Source of the DNA: an uncultured Candidatus Rokubacteria bacterium
GTDB taxonomy: Bacteria; Methylomirabilota; Methylomirabilia; Rokubacteriales; DASRDR01
Direction of reading: 5' to 3'
Assembly (NCBI GenBank): GCA_963805625.1
Contig: CAWDVE010000013.1
Coordinates: forward strand, 1-64,000
Length of the DNA stretch: 64,000 bases
Made by a program: the position numbers and the translations under genes. Below are positions 55,515 through 64,000 of the stretch, piece by piece; the stretch's first letter is position 1, and each line of letters begins with the position of its first letter. The notes beneath the pieces are model-generated. The model saw nothing but the letters and a program-made list of their open reading frames with translations. It was not told the DNA's origin and ran no database searches.

Positions 55515-56576
55515 ATGACGACCCCACTATCGCCCCGCGCCGGCCGCGCACAGACGGTCCTCGGCCTCGTGGCGCCGGAGTCCCTCGGCCTGACGCTGCC
55601 GCACGAGCACCTCTTCGTCGACCTCAGCTTCCTCTACCGCGAGCCGCCGGCTGGCGGCGCCCACGGGCCCGAGCGAGAGGCGATCGAGCTCTCGAACCTC
55701 TACGAGATCAACTACGACTGGTTCTCGAGCCGCGAGAACCTGAGCCTGACCGACGAGGCGACGGCCATCGAGGAGGCGGGCATCTTCCGGCGGGACGGCG
55801 GCCAGACCCTGGTCGACCCCACGACCGCCGGGATCGGCCGGAATCCCCCGGCCCTCCAGCGCGTCGCCAGGGCGACCGGGCTCCACGTCATCATGGGCTC
55901 GGGCTACTACACGGAGCCGGCCCACCCGCCCGGGCTGGCGGCGGCGACCGAGGACGCCCTGGTACGCGAGATCGTCCGGGACGTCGTTGACGGCGCCGGG
56001 GACACCGGCGTGCGGGCGGGCCTGATCGGCGAGATCGGATGCTCGTGGCCCTGGACGCCCGCCGAGCGGAAGTCCCTGCGGGCGGCGGCCATCGCCGCGC
56101 GGGAGACCGGCGCGCCGCTCATGATCCACCCCGGCCGCGATCCGCGAGCTCCGGAGGCGCACCTGGACGAAGTCCGCCGAGCGGGGCTCGACCTCCGCCG
56201 GGTCGTCATCGCCCACATCGAGCGCACGATCGTCGCCGACCCCGCGCGGCTCCGCGCCGTCGTCGACACCGGCTGCTACGTGGAGTACGACCTCTTCGGC
56301 GTGGAGATCTCCCACTTCCCGTGGGGCGGGCCGGACATGCCCAACGACACCGAGCGCATCCGGCAGGTCCTCTGGCTGGTGGAGCAGGGCTTCGGACAGC
56401 AGATCCTGCTGTCGCACGACGTGTGCTTCAAGATCCGACTCACGCGGTACGGGGGAACGGGGCTCGGGCATATCCCTCGCCGGATCGTACCGCGCCTTCG
56501 ACAGCGGGGTCTCTCCGAGGCCGACGTCCGGGCGCTGCTCGTCGAGAATCCCGCCCGGGCGCTGACGTTCGCCTAG
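55515..56576 (+). CDS. Phosphotriesterase-related (PHP/PTER-type) amidohydrolase
   Basis: HEH, GEIG, IH, AH, SHD metal-ligand motifs; GGAGG RBS. Confidence 0.92.
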   Translation: MTTPLSPRAGRAQTVLGLVAPESLGLTLPHEHLFVDLSFLYREPPAGGAHGPEREAIELSNLYEINYDWFSSRENLSLTDEATAIEEAGIFRRDGGQTLVDPTTAGIGRNPPALQRVARATGLHVIMGSGYYTEPAHPPGLAAATEDALVREIVRDVVDGAGDTGVRAGLIGEIGCSWPWTPAERKSLRAAAIAARETGAPLMIHPGRDPRAPEAHLDEVRRAGLDLRRVVIAHIERTIVADPARLRAVVDTGCYVEYDLFGVEISHFPWGGPDMPNDTERIRQVLWLVEQGFGQQILLSHDVCFKIRLTRYGGTGLGHIPRRIVPRLRQRGLSEADVRALLVENPARALTFA

Positions 56577-56830
56577 GCTCGGGACCCCACCGCCTGGACG
56601 TCCGCCCTGGCAGGCGCTCCGGCGCACTTCGGGCAGGTCGTCGCCCACGAATAGAGGCAGGTCTGCCCGGTGTGAGGCCACTCCTCGTCGCACTCCGCGC
56701 AGTAGTGCGGATGCATCGCCGCCTCGGCCGCCGCCGCCTGCTCGCGCCTCCGGGCCCTTCGCGCGGCCACGAGTACTCCGCTCAACCCCGCCACCGCCGC
56801 CAGCCCCACTCCGACCACGAGAATCACCAT
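56573..56830 (-). CDS. Small membrane-anchored zinc-ribbon protein
   Basis: N-terminal TM; HYCAECDEEWPH...C...CPKC. Confidence 0.65.
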   Translation of the reverse strand: MVILVVGVGLAAVAGLSGVLVAARRARRREQAAAAEAAMHPHYCAECDEEWPHTGQTCLYSWATTCPKCAGAPARADVQAVGSRA

Positions 56831-56929
56831 GTGGGCGAGATTCGCACGGGCCCTCCCCGCGCGCCAAAAAATTCCGGCGCCACGGCCGATCGGAGCGCGG
56901 GCCCGAAAGGCGGGTGGGGGCGCCCCGCC

Positions 56930-58363
56930 TCAGCGCCGTCCAGCGCGGTAGTGGTCGGCGAGGATCTCGGCGACGCAGGCAGTCACGCGGACGCCCGTGG
57001 GGACGTGGAGGAACTCGTTCGGACCGTGGGCATTCGACCCGGGGCCGAGCACGCCCGTGATCACGAACTGCGCGTCGGGGAACCGCTCGCCGAGCATGCT
57101 CATGAACGGGATCGACCCTCCCACCCCCGCGGACATCGGTGGCCGGCCGAAGTGCGTCATGGAAGCGCGCTCGAGAGACTCCACGAGCCAGTCGACCAGC
57201 GGCGGAGCTTCCCACCCCGGGCTGGGCGTCGCCGGTGTGAAGCGCACACGCGCGCCGTACGGAGGATCCGCCTCGAAGAGCTCCTGGAGAAGGCGCGCCG
57301 CCCTCCTGGCGTCGAGGGTGGGCGGGATACGGAGAGAAACCTTCACGGCCGTCCGGGGGTGGAGGACGTTCCCGGCGTCCGCGATGGGCGGGAGTCCGTC
57401 GGCGCCGGTGATCGCGAGCGCCGGGCGCCAGGTATGGGCCAGGACTTGCTCGCCGGGATCGGCGTGCGCGGCGCGCATGCCGGGAACGAAGGGCATCCGG
57501 GAGCCCAGATCCCCGAGAGTCGCCGCCACGTCCCGCGCCTGTCGCTCGCGCTCGGGCGGAATCTCGACATGGAGGCCGCGCGGCCGCACCTCCCCGGTCC
57601 GCTCGTCCTCCAGGCGCGAGAGGAGCTGGCGCAGGATCCGGAAGCCCGAGGGCACGATCCCGCTCGCGCCCGAGTGGATGCCCTCCCCCAGCACCTCCAC
57701 CGAGAGCTCGCCGCCAACCAGGCCCCGGAGCGAGGTCGCCGTCCAGAGCTGGTCGTAGTTCCCGCAGGAGGCGTCCAGGCAGATCACGAGGCCCGGCGTG
57801 CCGATGCGAGCCTTCAGCGCGTCCATGTAGGCGGGCAGGTCCGCGCTCCCGCTCTCCTCGCAGGTCTCGACGACGATGACGCACCGGGCGTGCGGCACTC
57901 CCTGAGCCTGGAGCGACTCCACGGCGGTGAGCGCCGCGAACGCCGCGTAGCCGTCGTCGGCCGCGCCCCGGCCGTAGAGACGGTCGCCGCAGCGGACGGG
58001 CGTCCACGGCCCCAGTCCCTCGCTCCAGCCCACCATCTCGGGCTGCTTGTCGAGGTGGCCGTACAGGAGGACGGTCTCGTCCGCCGTCCCCGGGATCTCC
58101 ATCAGGAGGATCGGCGTCCGACCCGGCAAACGGACAACCTCCACCTGGAGGCCCTCGACCGGACGCTCGCGCGCCCAACGCGCCGCGAGCTCGACCGCCC
58201 GGTCCAGGTGGCCGTGGGCCTGCCACTCGCGATCGAACCCCGGCGACTTCGCGGGGATGCGGACGTATTCCTCGAGCGTGGGGACGATCCGCAAGTCCCA
58301 CGCATCCTGGACGAAAGCACGGAGCCGGTCGGGAATGATCGCGCGAGCGGCGGTCGGCCTCAT
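56930..58363 (-). CDS. M20/M25/M40 family metallopeptidase
   Basis: YGHLDKQP, GRGAADDG, CEESGS, GGSIP, NAHGPNE. Confidence 0.93.
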   Translation of the reverse strand: MRPTAARAIIPDRLRAFVQDAWDLRIVPTLEEYVRIPAKSPGFDREWQAHGHLDRAVELAARWARERPVEGLQVEVVRLPGRTPILLMEIPGTADETVLLYGHLDKQPEMVGWSEGLGPWTPVRCGDRLYGRGAADDGYAAFAALTAVESLQAQGVPHARCVIVVETCEESGSADLPAYMDALKARIGTPGLVICLDASCGNYDQLWTATSLRGLVGGELSVEVLGEGIHSGASGIVPSGFRILRQLLSRLEDERTGEVRPRGLHVEIPPERERQARDVAATLGDLGSRMPFVPGMRAAHADPGEQVLAHTWRPALAITGADGLPPIADAGNVLHPRTAVKVSLRIPPTLDARRAARLLQELFEADPPYGARVRFTPATPSPGWEAPPLVDWLVESLERASMTHFGRPPMSAGVGGSIPFMSMLGERFPDAQFVITGVLGPGSNAHGPNEFLHVPTGVRVTACVAEILADHYRAGRR

Positions 58364-58483
58364 GACGCCGAGCGTATCACGCAGCAAGCCCGGCGCGTTC
58401 TCCACGGGGCCGGAGACACCGGCAACGGCAGCGACCGTGCTTGACGCTCTTCGTCCCGCCGTGCTACCGAGGAGTCTATCGCG

Positions 58484-59923
58484 ACGCTCCGGTCCTGGAA
58501 TGACGCGCGCTCTCCTCGAGGCCTCGCGCCGGATGAGCGGCAATGGCTGGCGATCGTCGCCGACGGCGCCCTGCTCGTCGCCGGCCTCTTCGTCCTGTAC
58601 ACCCTCTTCGGGGGCGAGGTCCGGTGGAAGACCGCCTTCTTTCGGATCACCCTGACGGAGCCCAACCGCCCGATTCAGATCTGCGTCCTAGTCCTCCTCA
58701 TCAAGGTTGCCGGCGGCCTCGGCCGGGGTCTTTTCGCTTCCCTTGCAACCACCCACCTCCCCGTCGTCGGTCCCGCCGCGGCCCTCGTCCATGCCCTCGA
58801 GCTCCACCTGCGCGCTCTGTTCCTCGCCTACCGCGCGCCGCTCCTCCTCAGCGCGGCGAGCCTCGGCCTATCGCTCGGACTCCTTGAGCTGTACCTCCGA
58901 TACTTCCCCCTCACCCTGCCCCACGCCCTCGCCAATCACGTTGCCACCGGGTATCACGCCGGCCCCTCCGGGATCTACCGATATGCTCCTGAGCTCCGGA
59001 CGAGCCTGATGCGCCCGAATCACGAGCGGACGATGTACTTCAACGGATACCGGTGGCACCACAGGACGGATTCGCGCGGGTTCCGCAATCCCATCGAGCG
59101 CACGCACGCGTCCGTCGTCCTCCTGGGGGACTCGATCGTCTACGGGCACGGCGTCGAGGAGACCTCGACGGTCCGACACCATCTCGAGACCATCCTCGGC
59201 CAGCCGGTGATCAACCTGGGCATCCAGGGCAGCTCGATCCATGACGAGTACCAGGTGCTGAAGGCCTTTGGCGTGAGCCTGCGCCCCCGTTTCGTCTTTC
59301 TGTTTTTCTTGGCCAACGACATCGATGACCTCGGACTCCTGACGGAGCGCGAGATGTCCGCCTTCCTGAGCACGCCCATCGCCGATCACTCCACTCCATA
59401 CTTCCACGTCAGGGCTCCGAAAAAGCAACCATGGCAGGTCGCGTGGTCTCGGGCCTTCGAAGCCCACCTGGAGGACCTGTACGTCGTGAAGGCGTGGGAC
59501 TTTCTCCGAGGATACGTGCGGGCTCACTCCGACAATCCGGCCGAGGCCTCCGAGGACGCCCTGTCATCGCTGCCCCCGGTCCCCGGCGGTCCGAAGGCCA
59601 TCATGGCGATGCGATTCCACCTTCATGCCCTGCAGAAGATCCAGAACCTCGCCGACCAGAATCACTTCCAGGTCGTCAACGTCTTCACCTACACCGGCGT
59701 GATTCCGGCCGAGGCCACCTATGAGGAGATCCTGGAGACATACTGCCGCACCCACGCCATCGCTTTCCTGAGTCTCAGATCCGCGTTCGAGCGTGCCCTC
59801 TCCAACCGCGAGAACGTGTTCTTGAAAGGAGACGGACACCTCTCGGACGCCGGCGCGCAGCTCGCGGCAGAGGTGCTGGCCCGGTACATTGACCAGCACC
59901 CGACGCCCAGCCCCGGGCGCTGA
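58484..59923 (+). CDS. Membrane-anchored SGNH/GDSL-type hydrolase or acyltransferase (start unresolved)
   Basis: LGDSIVYG, NLGIQG, ND, DGH motifs; the frame stays open upstream of ATG 59009 to 58445 and encodes hydrophobic helices, but has no ATG/GTG/TTG. Confidence 0.75.
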   Translation, partial: TLRSWNDARSPRGLAPDERQWLAIVADGALLVAGLFVLYTLFGGEVRWKTAFFRITLTEPNRPIQICVLVLLIKVAGGLGRGLFASLATTHLPVVGPAAALVHALELHLRALFLAYRAPLLLSAASLGLSLGLLELYLRYFPLTLPHALANHVATGYHAGPSGIYRYAPELRTSLMRPNHERTMYFNGYRWHHRTDSRGFRNPIERTHASVVLLGDSIVYGHGVEETSTVRHHLETILGQPVINLGIQGSSIHDEYQVLKAFGVSLRPRFVFLFFLANDIDDLGLLTEREMSAFLSTPIADHSTPYFHVRAPKKQPWQVAWSRAFEAHLEDLYVVKAWDFLRGYVRAHSDNPAEASEDALSSLPPVPGGPKAIMAMRFHLHALQKIQNLADQNHFQVVNVFTYTGVIPAEATYEEILETYCRTHAIAFLSLRSAFERALSNRENVFLKGDGHLSDAGAQLAAEVLARYIDQHPTPSPGR

Positions 59924-60042
59924 GAGCTTCTCAACCTCCCGTCCTTTCTCGCTCGTGTGCGCGCCGAGGCGCGCAGGGGTCGGCCGCGCCCGTCGCTCGC
60001 GGACGGTACAATCGAGCGCGTGACCCCGACGGGACGCCGGGC

Positions 60043-61239
60043 GTGAGCGGGTCGCGCGCGCCCGCGGTCCATCCGGCGGCGCCGCTACCGTGGAGCATGC
60101 TCGCGACGCTCTCGGTGGTGACGTTCCTCGTCACGGGGTCGGCGGTCGCCCTCGCTCCGTTCCTCCTCGACATCGCCCGCGACCTCGGCGCGACCCTGGC
60201 GGCCGTGGCCAACCTGGTCGCCGTGATGAGCGTCAGCTGGGGCGTGGTGTCGGTCACGGCCGGGGCGGCCTCCGACCGGATCGGCCGGCGGCCGGTGCTC
60301 TTCGCCGCCGTGCTCACGCTCGGTGCGGCCCGGCTCGGCCTCGCCCTCTCACACGGCTACGGCGCCGCCGTGATGTGGCAGCTTCTCGCCGGAGTCGGCG
60401 GCGGAGGCTTCATGGGAACGGTGTTCGCGACCGTCTCCGACCATGTGGCCCCCGCCCAGCGAGGCCGCGCCCTCGGCTGGGTCATCACCGGGCAATCGCT
60501 CTCGCTCGTGGTCGGCGTGCCCCTCGTCACACTCCTCGGCGCCTTCGGGGGCTGGCGCGTGGCGATCGCCGCACACGCGGGTACGGCGCTCATCGCGGCG
60601 GCCGCCGTCTGGCTCTCCGTGCCAGGCGGGCCCAGTGTTCCGGCGGCACTGGACCGCTCCCGCGGACAACTGCGCGACGTAGTCGGCACCCGGATCTTCG
60701 CGCTCCTGCTGGCGAACACCATGGAGCGCACGTGCTTCGCGGCGATGGCCGTCTACCTGGCGACGTTCCTTCTCATGACCTACGGAGTCGGGATGCAGGC
60801 GCTCGCTCTCGCCCTCGCCCTGGTGGCCCTGGGAAATCTCGCGGGCAACCTCCTCGGCGGCTGGCTCGCCGATCGCGTGGTGGCGCGGCCGCTCGTGTTC
60901 ACCGTGACCTCGACCGTGACCGGCGCTCTCGGGCTGCCCCTGATGCTGTGGCACCCCGGCGTGACGCTCTCCGTGGCGCTCGGGTTCGCCTACTCGCTGG
61001 CGAACGCGGCCGGGCGGCCTGCTCTCATGGCCACGCTCTCCGAGGTACCGGCCGACGTCCGCGGGGCGATTCTCGGCCTCAACGTCACGATGTCGAGCGT
61101 CGGCTGGCTCGGGGCCGCGGCGCTCGGAGGCTGGCTCGTGGGCAGTCACGGCTTCGAGAGCCTCGGCGTGCTGACGGCCGCGGCCGCCGGCGCGGGCGCG
61201 CTCCTCGCGGTGACTGCCTGGCGCGCGCGGCGCACGTAG
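60043..61239 (+). CDS. MFS transporter
   Basis: About 12 hydrophobic segments; GAASDRIGRRPV motif A. Confidence 0.92.
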   Translation: MSGSRAPAVHPAAPLPWSMLATLSVVTFLVTGSAVALAPFLLDIARDLGATLAAVANLVAVMSVSWGVVSVTAGAASDRIGRRPVLFAAVLTLGAARLGLALSHGYGAAVMWQLLAGVGGGGFMGTVFATVSDHVAPAQRGRALGWVITGQSLSLVVGVPLVTLLGAFGGWRVAIAAHAGTALIAAAAVWLSVPGGPSVPAALDRSRGQLRDVVGTRIFALLLANTMERTCFAAMAVYLATFLLMTYGVGMQALALALALVALGNLAGNLLGGWLADRVVARPLVFTVTSTVTGALGLPLMLWHPGVTLSVALGFAYSLANAAGRPALMATLSEVPADVRGAILGLNVTMSSVGWLGAAALGGWLVGSHGFESLGVLTAAAAGAGALLAVTAWRARRT

Positions 61240-61257
61240 CGGGTGGAGGCGCGCCGC

Positions 61258-61725
61258 TCAGGCTCCCTTGCCCGGGGGGGCCCCCGCTGCCTCCCACGCC
61301 GTGATCTCCTCCTGCGCGATGCGAAGCGCCTTCAGCGCGACCGGCATCCCGCCGTAGAAGGCCATCTGCATCAGGATCTCCTTGATCTCCGCAGGCGTGA
61401 CGCCAACGTGGAGCGCCCCCTGGAGGTGGCGGCGAAGGTAGTCGTCCCGGCCGAGCACGGTGAGCGCCGCGACCGTCAGCATGCTCCGCGTCTTGAGGTC
61501 GAGCCCCGGCCGCGTGTACACGCGGCCGAACACGAGCTCGTCGGAGAGCCGCAGGAGGTCATCCGCCAGACTCCCGTGGGAGACCGGGCGTTCCTTCCCC
61601 GCCCCGAACAGCCGGCGCTTCACCTCGAGGCCCTGCCGGTAGGCGTCGTCCGTCACCGGGCTAGCCTCGGCCACGCTGGGGGCCACGCTGGGATTGATCG
61701 GACGGCCTTCGCCCTGTGCGGTCAT
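61258..61725 (-). CDS. Carboxymuconolactone decarboxylase family protein
   Basis: FGRVYTRPGLDLKTRSMLTVAAL...H...EIKEILMQMAFYGGMP. Confidence 0.9.
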   Translation of the reverse strand: MTAQGEGRPINPSVAPSVAEASPVTDDAYRQGLEVKRRLFGAGKERPVSHGSLADDLLRLSDELVFGRVYTRPGLDLKTRSMLTVAALTVLGRDDYLRRHLQGALHVGVTPAEIKEILMQMAFYGGMPVALKALRIAQEEITAWEAAGAPPGKGA

Positions 61726-61816
61726 TCTGTCCTCCTTGCACCGCGCTCGTCTCGGGGACACTGCCTCGGGTGGGGTCCCCACCGCTCGGCCCGGCCGCTC
61801 TCGTCGAAGGCCACGC

Positions 61817-62833
61817 TCAGGCGCGCGCCGCGAGGCCGAGCCGCACGAGCGCCTCGGCGAGAATCTCCGCCAGCAGGTCGTCGAGCGGTCGCCCGAGCAC
61901 CTCGGCGAGGATGCCGAAGGAGCCGTCGGGCGCGAACGTCGGGAGCGGGTTCATCTCGAGGAAGTGGGGCCGGCCACCGCGGTCGAGGCGGAAGTCGGCG
62001 CGGGCGAAGTCTCGGCACTCGAGCGCCTCGAACGCCCGCCGGGCCAGTGCCACCAACTCGGCCTCGAGCGCCGTGTCGAGCGCGCCGGGCGTGACGTGAC
62101 GCCAGCCCCCCGGCGGCGGCGGGTGCCGCTCAAGGGCGTGGGCCCCGATGCCGGTCGAGACCTCGAGCGCCCGCTGGAGCGTGGGCAAGGCCCGGGGCGG
62201 CCGGTGGCCCACCAGCGTGACCGTGTACTCGGGTCCCTCGAGGAACGCCTCGACGAGGGCAGGCTGGGCGTAGGTCGTGACGACGCGGGCGACCTCGCGC
62301 ACGAGGGCGTCACGGTTCTCCACCCGTGAGCTCGGGCCGATGCCCTTGGCGGTTCCTTCCCAGCGCGGCTTGACGAAGAGCGGGAACGGCGCCGGTAAGC
62401 GTGAGTCCGCCGCTGCCTCCGGCGAGGCCAGGCTCGCGTGCGCCGGCACCGGCACGCCCACCGCCGCGACGACGCGATGCGCCCAGAGCTTATCGAGGGT
62501 CGTCGATAGGGTCAGGGCGTCGGATCCGAGAGCCGGGACGCCCGCCATCTCGCAGAGGGTCGGCACCCACGCCTCGCGATTCCTAGGACCGTAGCCCTCG
62601 GCGATGGTGAGGACCGCGTCGAGGCGCGGCAGCCGTTCCTGCCCGGCCGCCCGGAGGACGGCGTGCGGGTTGCCGAGACGCAGCGGCTCGTGCCCCAGGC
62701 GGCGGAGGGCCGCCTCCAGCACGAGGACGGTTGCCTCCGGCTCGTACTCCACCTCGGCGTCGGGCGGGTCACCCGGACGCAAGGGGTAGCTGCCGAAGAG
62801 ATCGTAGGCCAGGCCGATCCGCAGCGCCGGCAC
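61817..62833 (-). CDS. D-alanine--D-alanine ligase-like ATP-grasp protein
   Basis: LDK, FPLFVKP..EGTAKGI, EAFLEGPEYTV, ARADFR, LEMNPLP. Confidence 0.85.
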   Translation of the reverse strand: MPALRIGLAYDLFGSYPLRPGDPPDAEVEYEPEATVLVLEAALRRLGHEPLRLGNPHAVLRAAGQERLPRLDAVLTIAEGYGPRNREAWVPTLCEMAGVPALGSDALTLSTTLDKLWAHRVVAAVGVPVPAHASLASPEAAADSRLPAPFPLFVKPRWEGTAKGIGPSSRVENRDALVREVARVVTTYAQPALVEAFLEGPEYTVTLVGHRPPRALPTLQRALEVSTGIGAHALERHPPPPGGWRHVTPGALDTALEAELVALARRAFEALECRDFARADFRLDRGGRPHFLEMNPLPTFAPDGSFGILAEVLGRPLDDLLAEILAEALVRLGLAARA

Positions 62834-62885
62834 GGACGGTACGATACGGGACCCCCCGGCGGCCCGCAAACCGCCGGGGACCGGC

Positions 62886-64000
62886 TTACGCCTCGGGGAG
62901 ACCATCCTCCACGCGCGCGAAGCCCCAGAAGACGGGCTCGGGATGAAGACGTACCCCGAAGCGGGCCAGGACGCCGTCGCGCACGCAGCGCGCGACCCGC
63001 ACGACGTCCGCCGCGCGCGCGCCCTCGCGAGCCACGATCGCCAGCGTGTGGCGCGTCGAGATCCCCGCGGCGCCGTCCGCGTGGCCGCGCGCGAAGCCGG
63101 CTCGCTCGACGAGCCACGCGGCGGCGAGCTTCACCCGCCCCCCTCCCGGCTCGGGCCACCGCGGCATGCTGGGGTCCCCCGCGACGGACGCGATGCGCTC
63201 GGCCTCCGCCGCCGGAACCACCGGGTTCACGAAGAAGGAGCCGCAGCTTCGCCGGTTCGGGTCCGCAGAATCGAGGACCATCGATTTCTCACGGCGCACG
63301 GCGACCACGCTCTCCCGCACGTCCATCAGCGCCGGCGTCGCGATCCCGCGAGCGGCCAGGTGCCGCTCGAGCTCCGCGTAGCGGACCGACGGCGCCCCGC
63401 CCGGGCGGAGCCGGTAGGTCACGCCGAGGATGACGTGACGGTCGGGCGTGCGGCTCTTGAACGCGCTGTCGCGGTAGCCGAACCCGCACGCCGCCGGCGG
63501 GAGCGTCACGACGGTGCGGGTGGCGCGGTCCAGCGCGCGCACGGCCGCAACGGTGTCGCTCACCTCCTGCCCGTAGGCCCCGACGTTCTGGATGGGCGTC
63601 GCGCCGACGAGGCCGGGAATGCCGCTCAGGCACTCGAGGCCAGCCCACCCCCGCTCGACGGCGAACCGGACGACGTCGTCCCACGGCTCCCCGGCCGCCG
63701 CCGTGAGCTCGACCGCGGACCCTGCCTCTCGCACGGCGAGACCCCGGAGGGCGACGCGGAGCACGAGGGCGTCGACGCCTGCGTCGGCGACGACCAGGTT
63801 GGAGCCGCCGCCGAGGACGCGGAGCGGGAACCCGCGCCCCTCCGCCCAGCGGAGCGCCGCGAGGACCGTGGGCTCGTCGTGCGCCTCGACGTACCAGCGC
63901 GCCGGCCCGCCGACGCCCATCGTGGTGAGCGGGGCGAGCGGCATGCCCTCGCGCGGCCGGACCCGAGCGTCCCGTGCCCCCTCGACCCGGTCCCGAGCCT
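62886..64000 (-). CDS. murB: UDP-N-acetylenolpyruvoylglucosamine reductase (frame open to the window edge)
   Basis: GGGSNL, GIPGLVGATPIQNVGAYG, YRDSAFK, GSFFVNP. Confidence 0.95.
   Translation of the reverse strand, partial: ARDRVEGARDARVRPREGMPLAPLTTMGVGGPARWYVEAHDEPTVLAALRWAEGRGFPLRVLGGGSNLVVADAGVDALVLRVALRGLAVREAGSAVELTAAAGEPWDDVVRFAVERGWAGLECLSGIPGLVGATPIQNVGAYGQEVSDTVAAVRALDRATRTVVTLPPAACGFGYRDSAFKSRTPDRHVILGVTYRLRPGGAPSVRYAELERHLAARGIATPALMDVRESVVAVRREKSMVLDSADPNRRSCGSFFVNPVVPAAEAERIASVAGDPSMPRWPEPGGGRVKLAAAWLVERAGFARGHADGAAGISTRHTLAIVAREGARAADVVRVARCVRDGVLARFGVRLHPEPVFWGFARVEDGLPEA

Noticed and set aside
55527-58444. 924-aa and 801-aa overlapping ORFs
   Set aside because: Alternative-frame or antisense shadows of the PTE-like and M20 peptidase genes
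61669-61692. 12-bp in-frame duplication GGCCACGCTGGG
   Set aside because: Only duplicates PSVA in a disordered N-terminus; no wider pattern

Overview
High-GC bacterial chromosome segment. The orphan ABC substrate-binding paralogues and DRR-repeat small proteins suggest Candidatus Rokubacteria/Methylomirabilota (inference). Region 1-14.2 kb is an integrated element at the 3' end of tRNA-Val(CAC), with its far att end apparently just outside the window. It carries a tyrosine integrase, Xis/AlpA-like HTHs, a divergent regulator, a Prim-Pol/AAA replicase followed by an iteron-like origin, a coupled operon of unknown genes (a Zn-finger TerS-like protein and a protein resembling a permuted podoviral scaffold) and cargo (SDH/ClpP-like protease, frameshifted PEP-CTERM metzincin). 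No capsid, portal, large terminase or tail gene is recognisable, so it looks like a phage satellite of an unfamiliar type. Region 14.3-20.7 kb holds a decayed second integrase whose 3' end contains the tRNA promoter, and an ORF-poor island with four sigma54-type promoters. These sit in front of two long rod-shaped hairpin RNAs (one with 4.5S/SRP-like architecture), a 31-aa zinc-ribbon microprotein and an orphan gene, and the island is flanked by DRR-repeat proteins. Region 20.8-44.5 kb is housekeeping (pyrD, radC, tsaE, nnr, acpS, glmM-cdaR-cdaA, folP, ftsH, hpt, SPOR, argS) plus a cobalamin salvage/uptake locus with two cobalamin riboswitches and a deleted cbiZ. Region 44.6-64 kb has assorted catabolic enzymes, hemH, gene relics, an MFS transporter, a ddl-like gene and murB. 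All calls were made by eye from the sequence and translations; no database searches were run.
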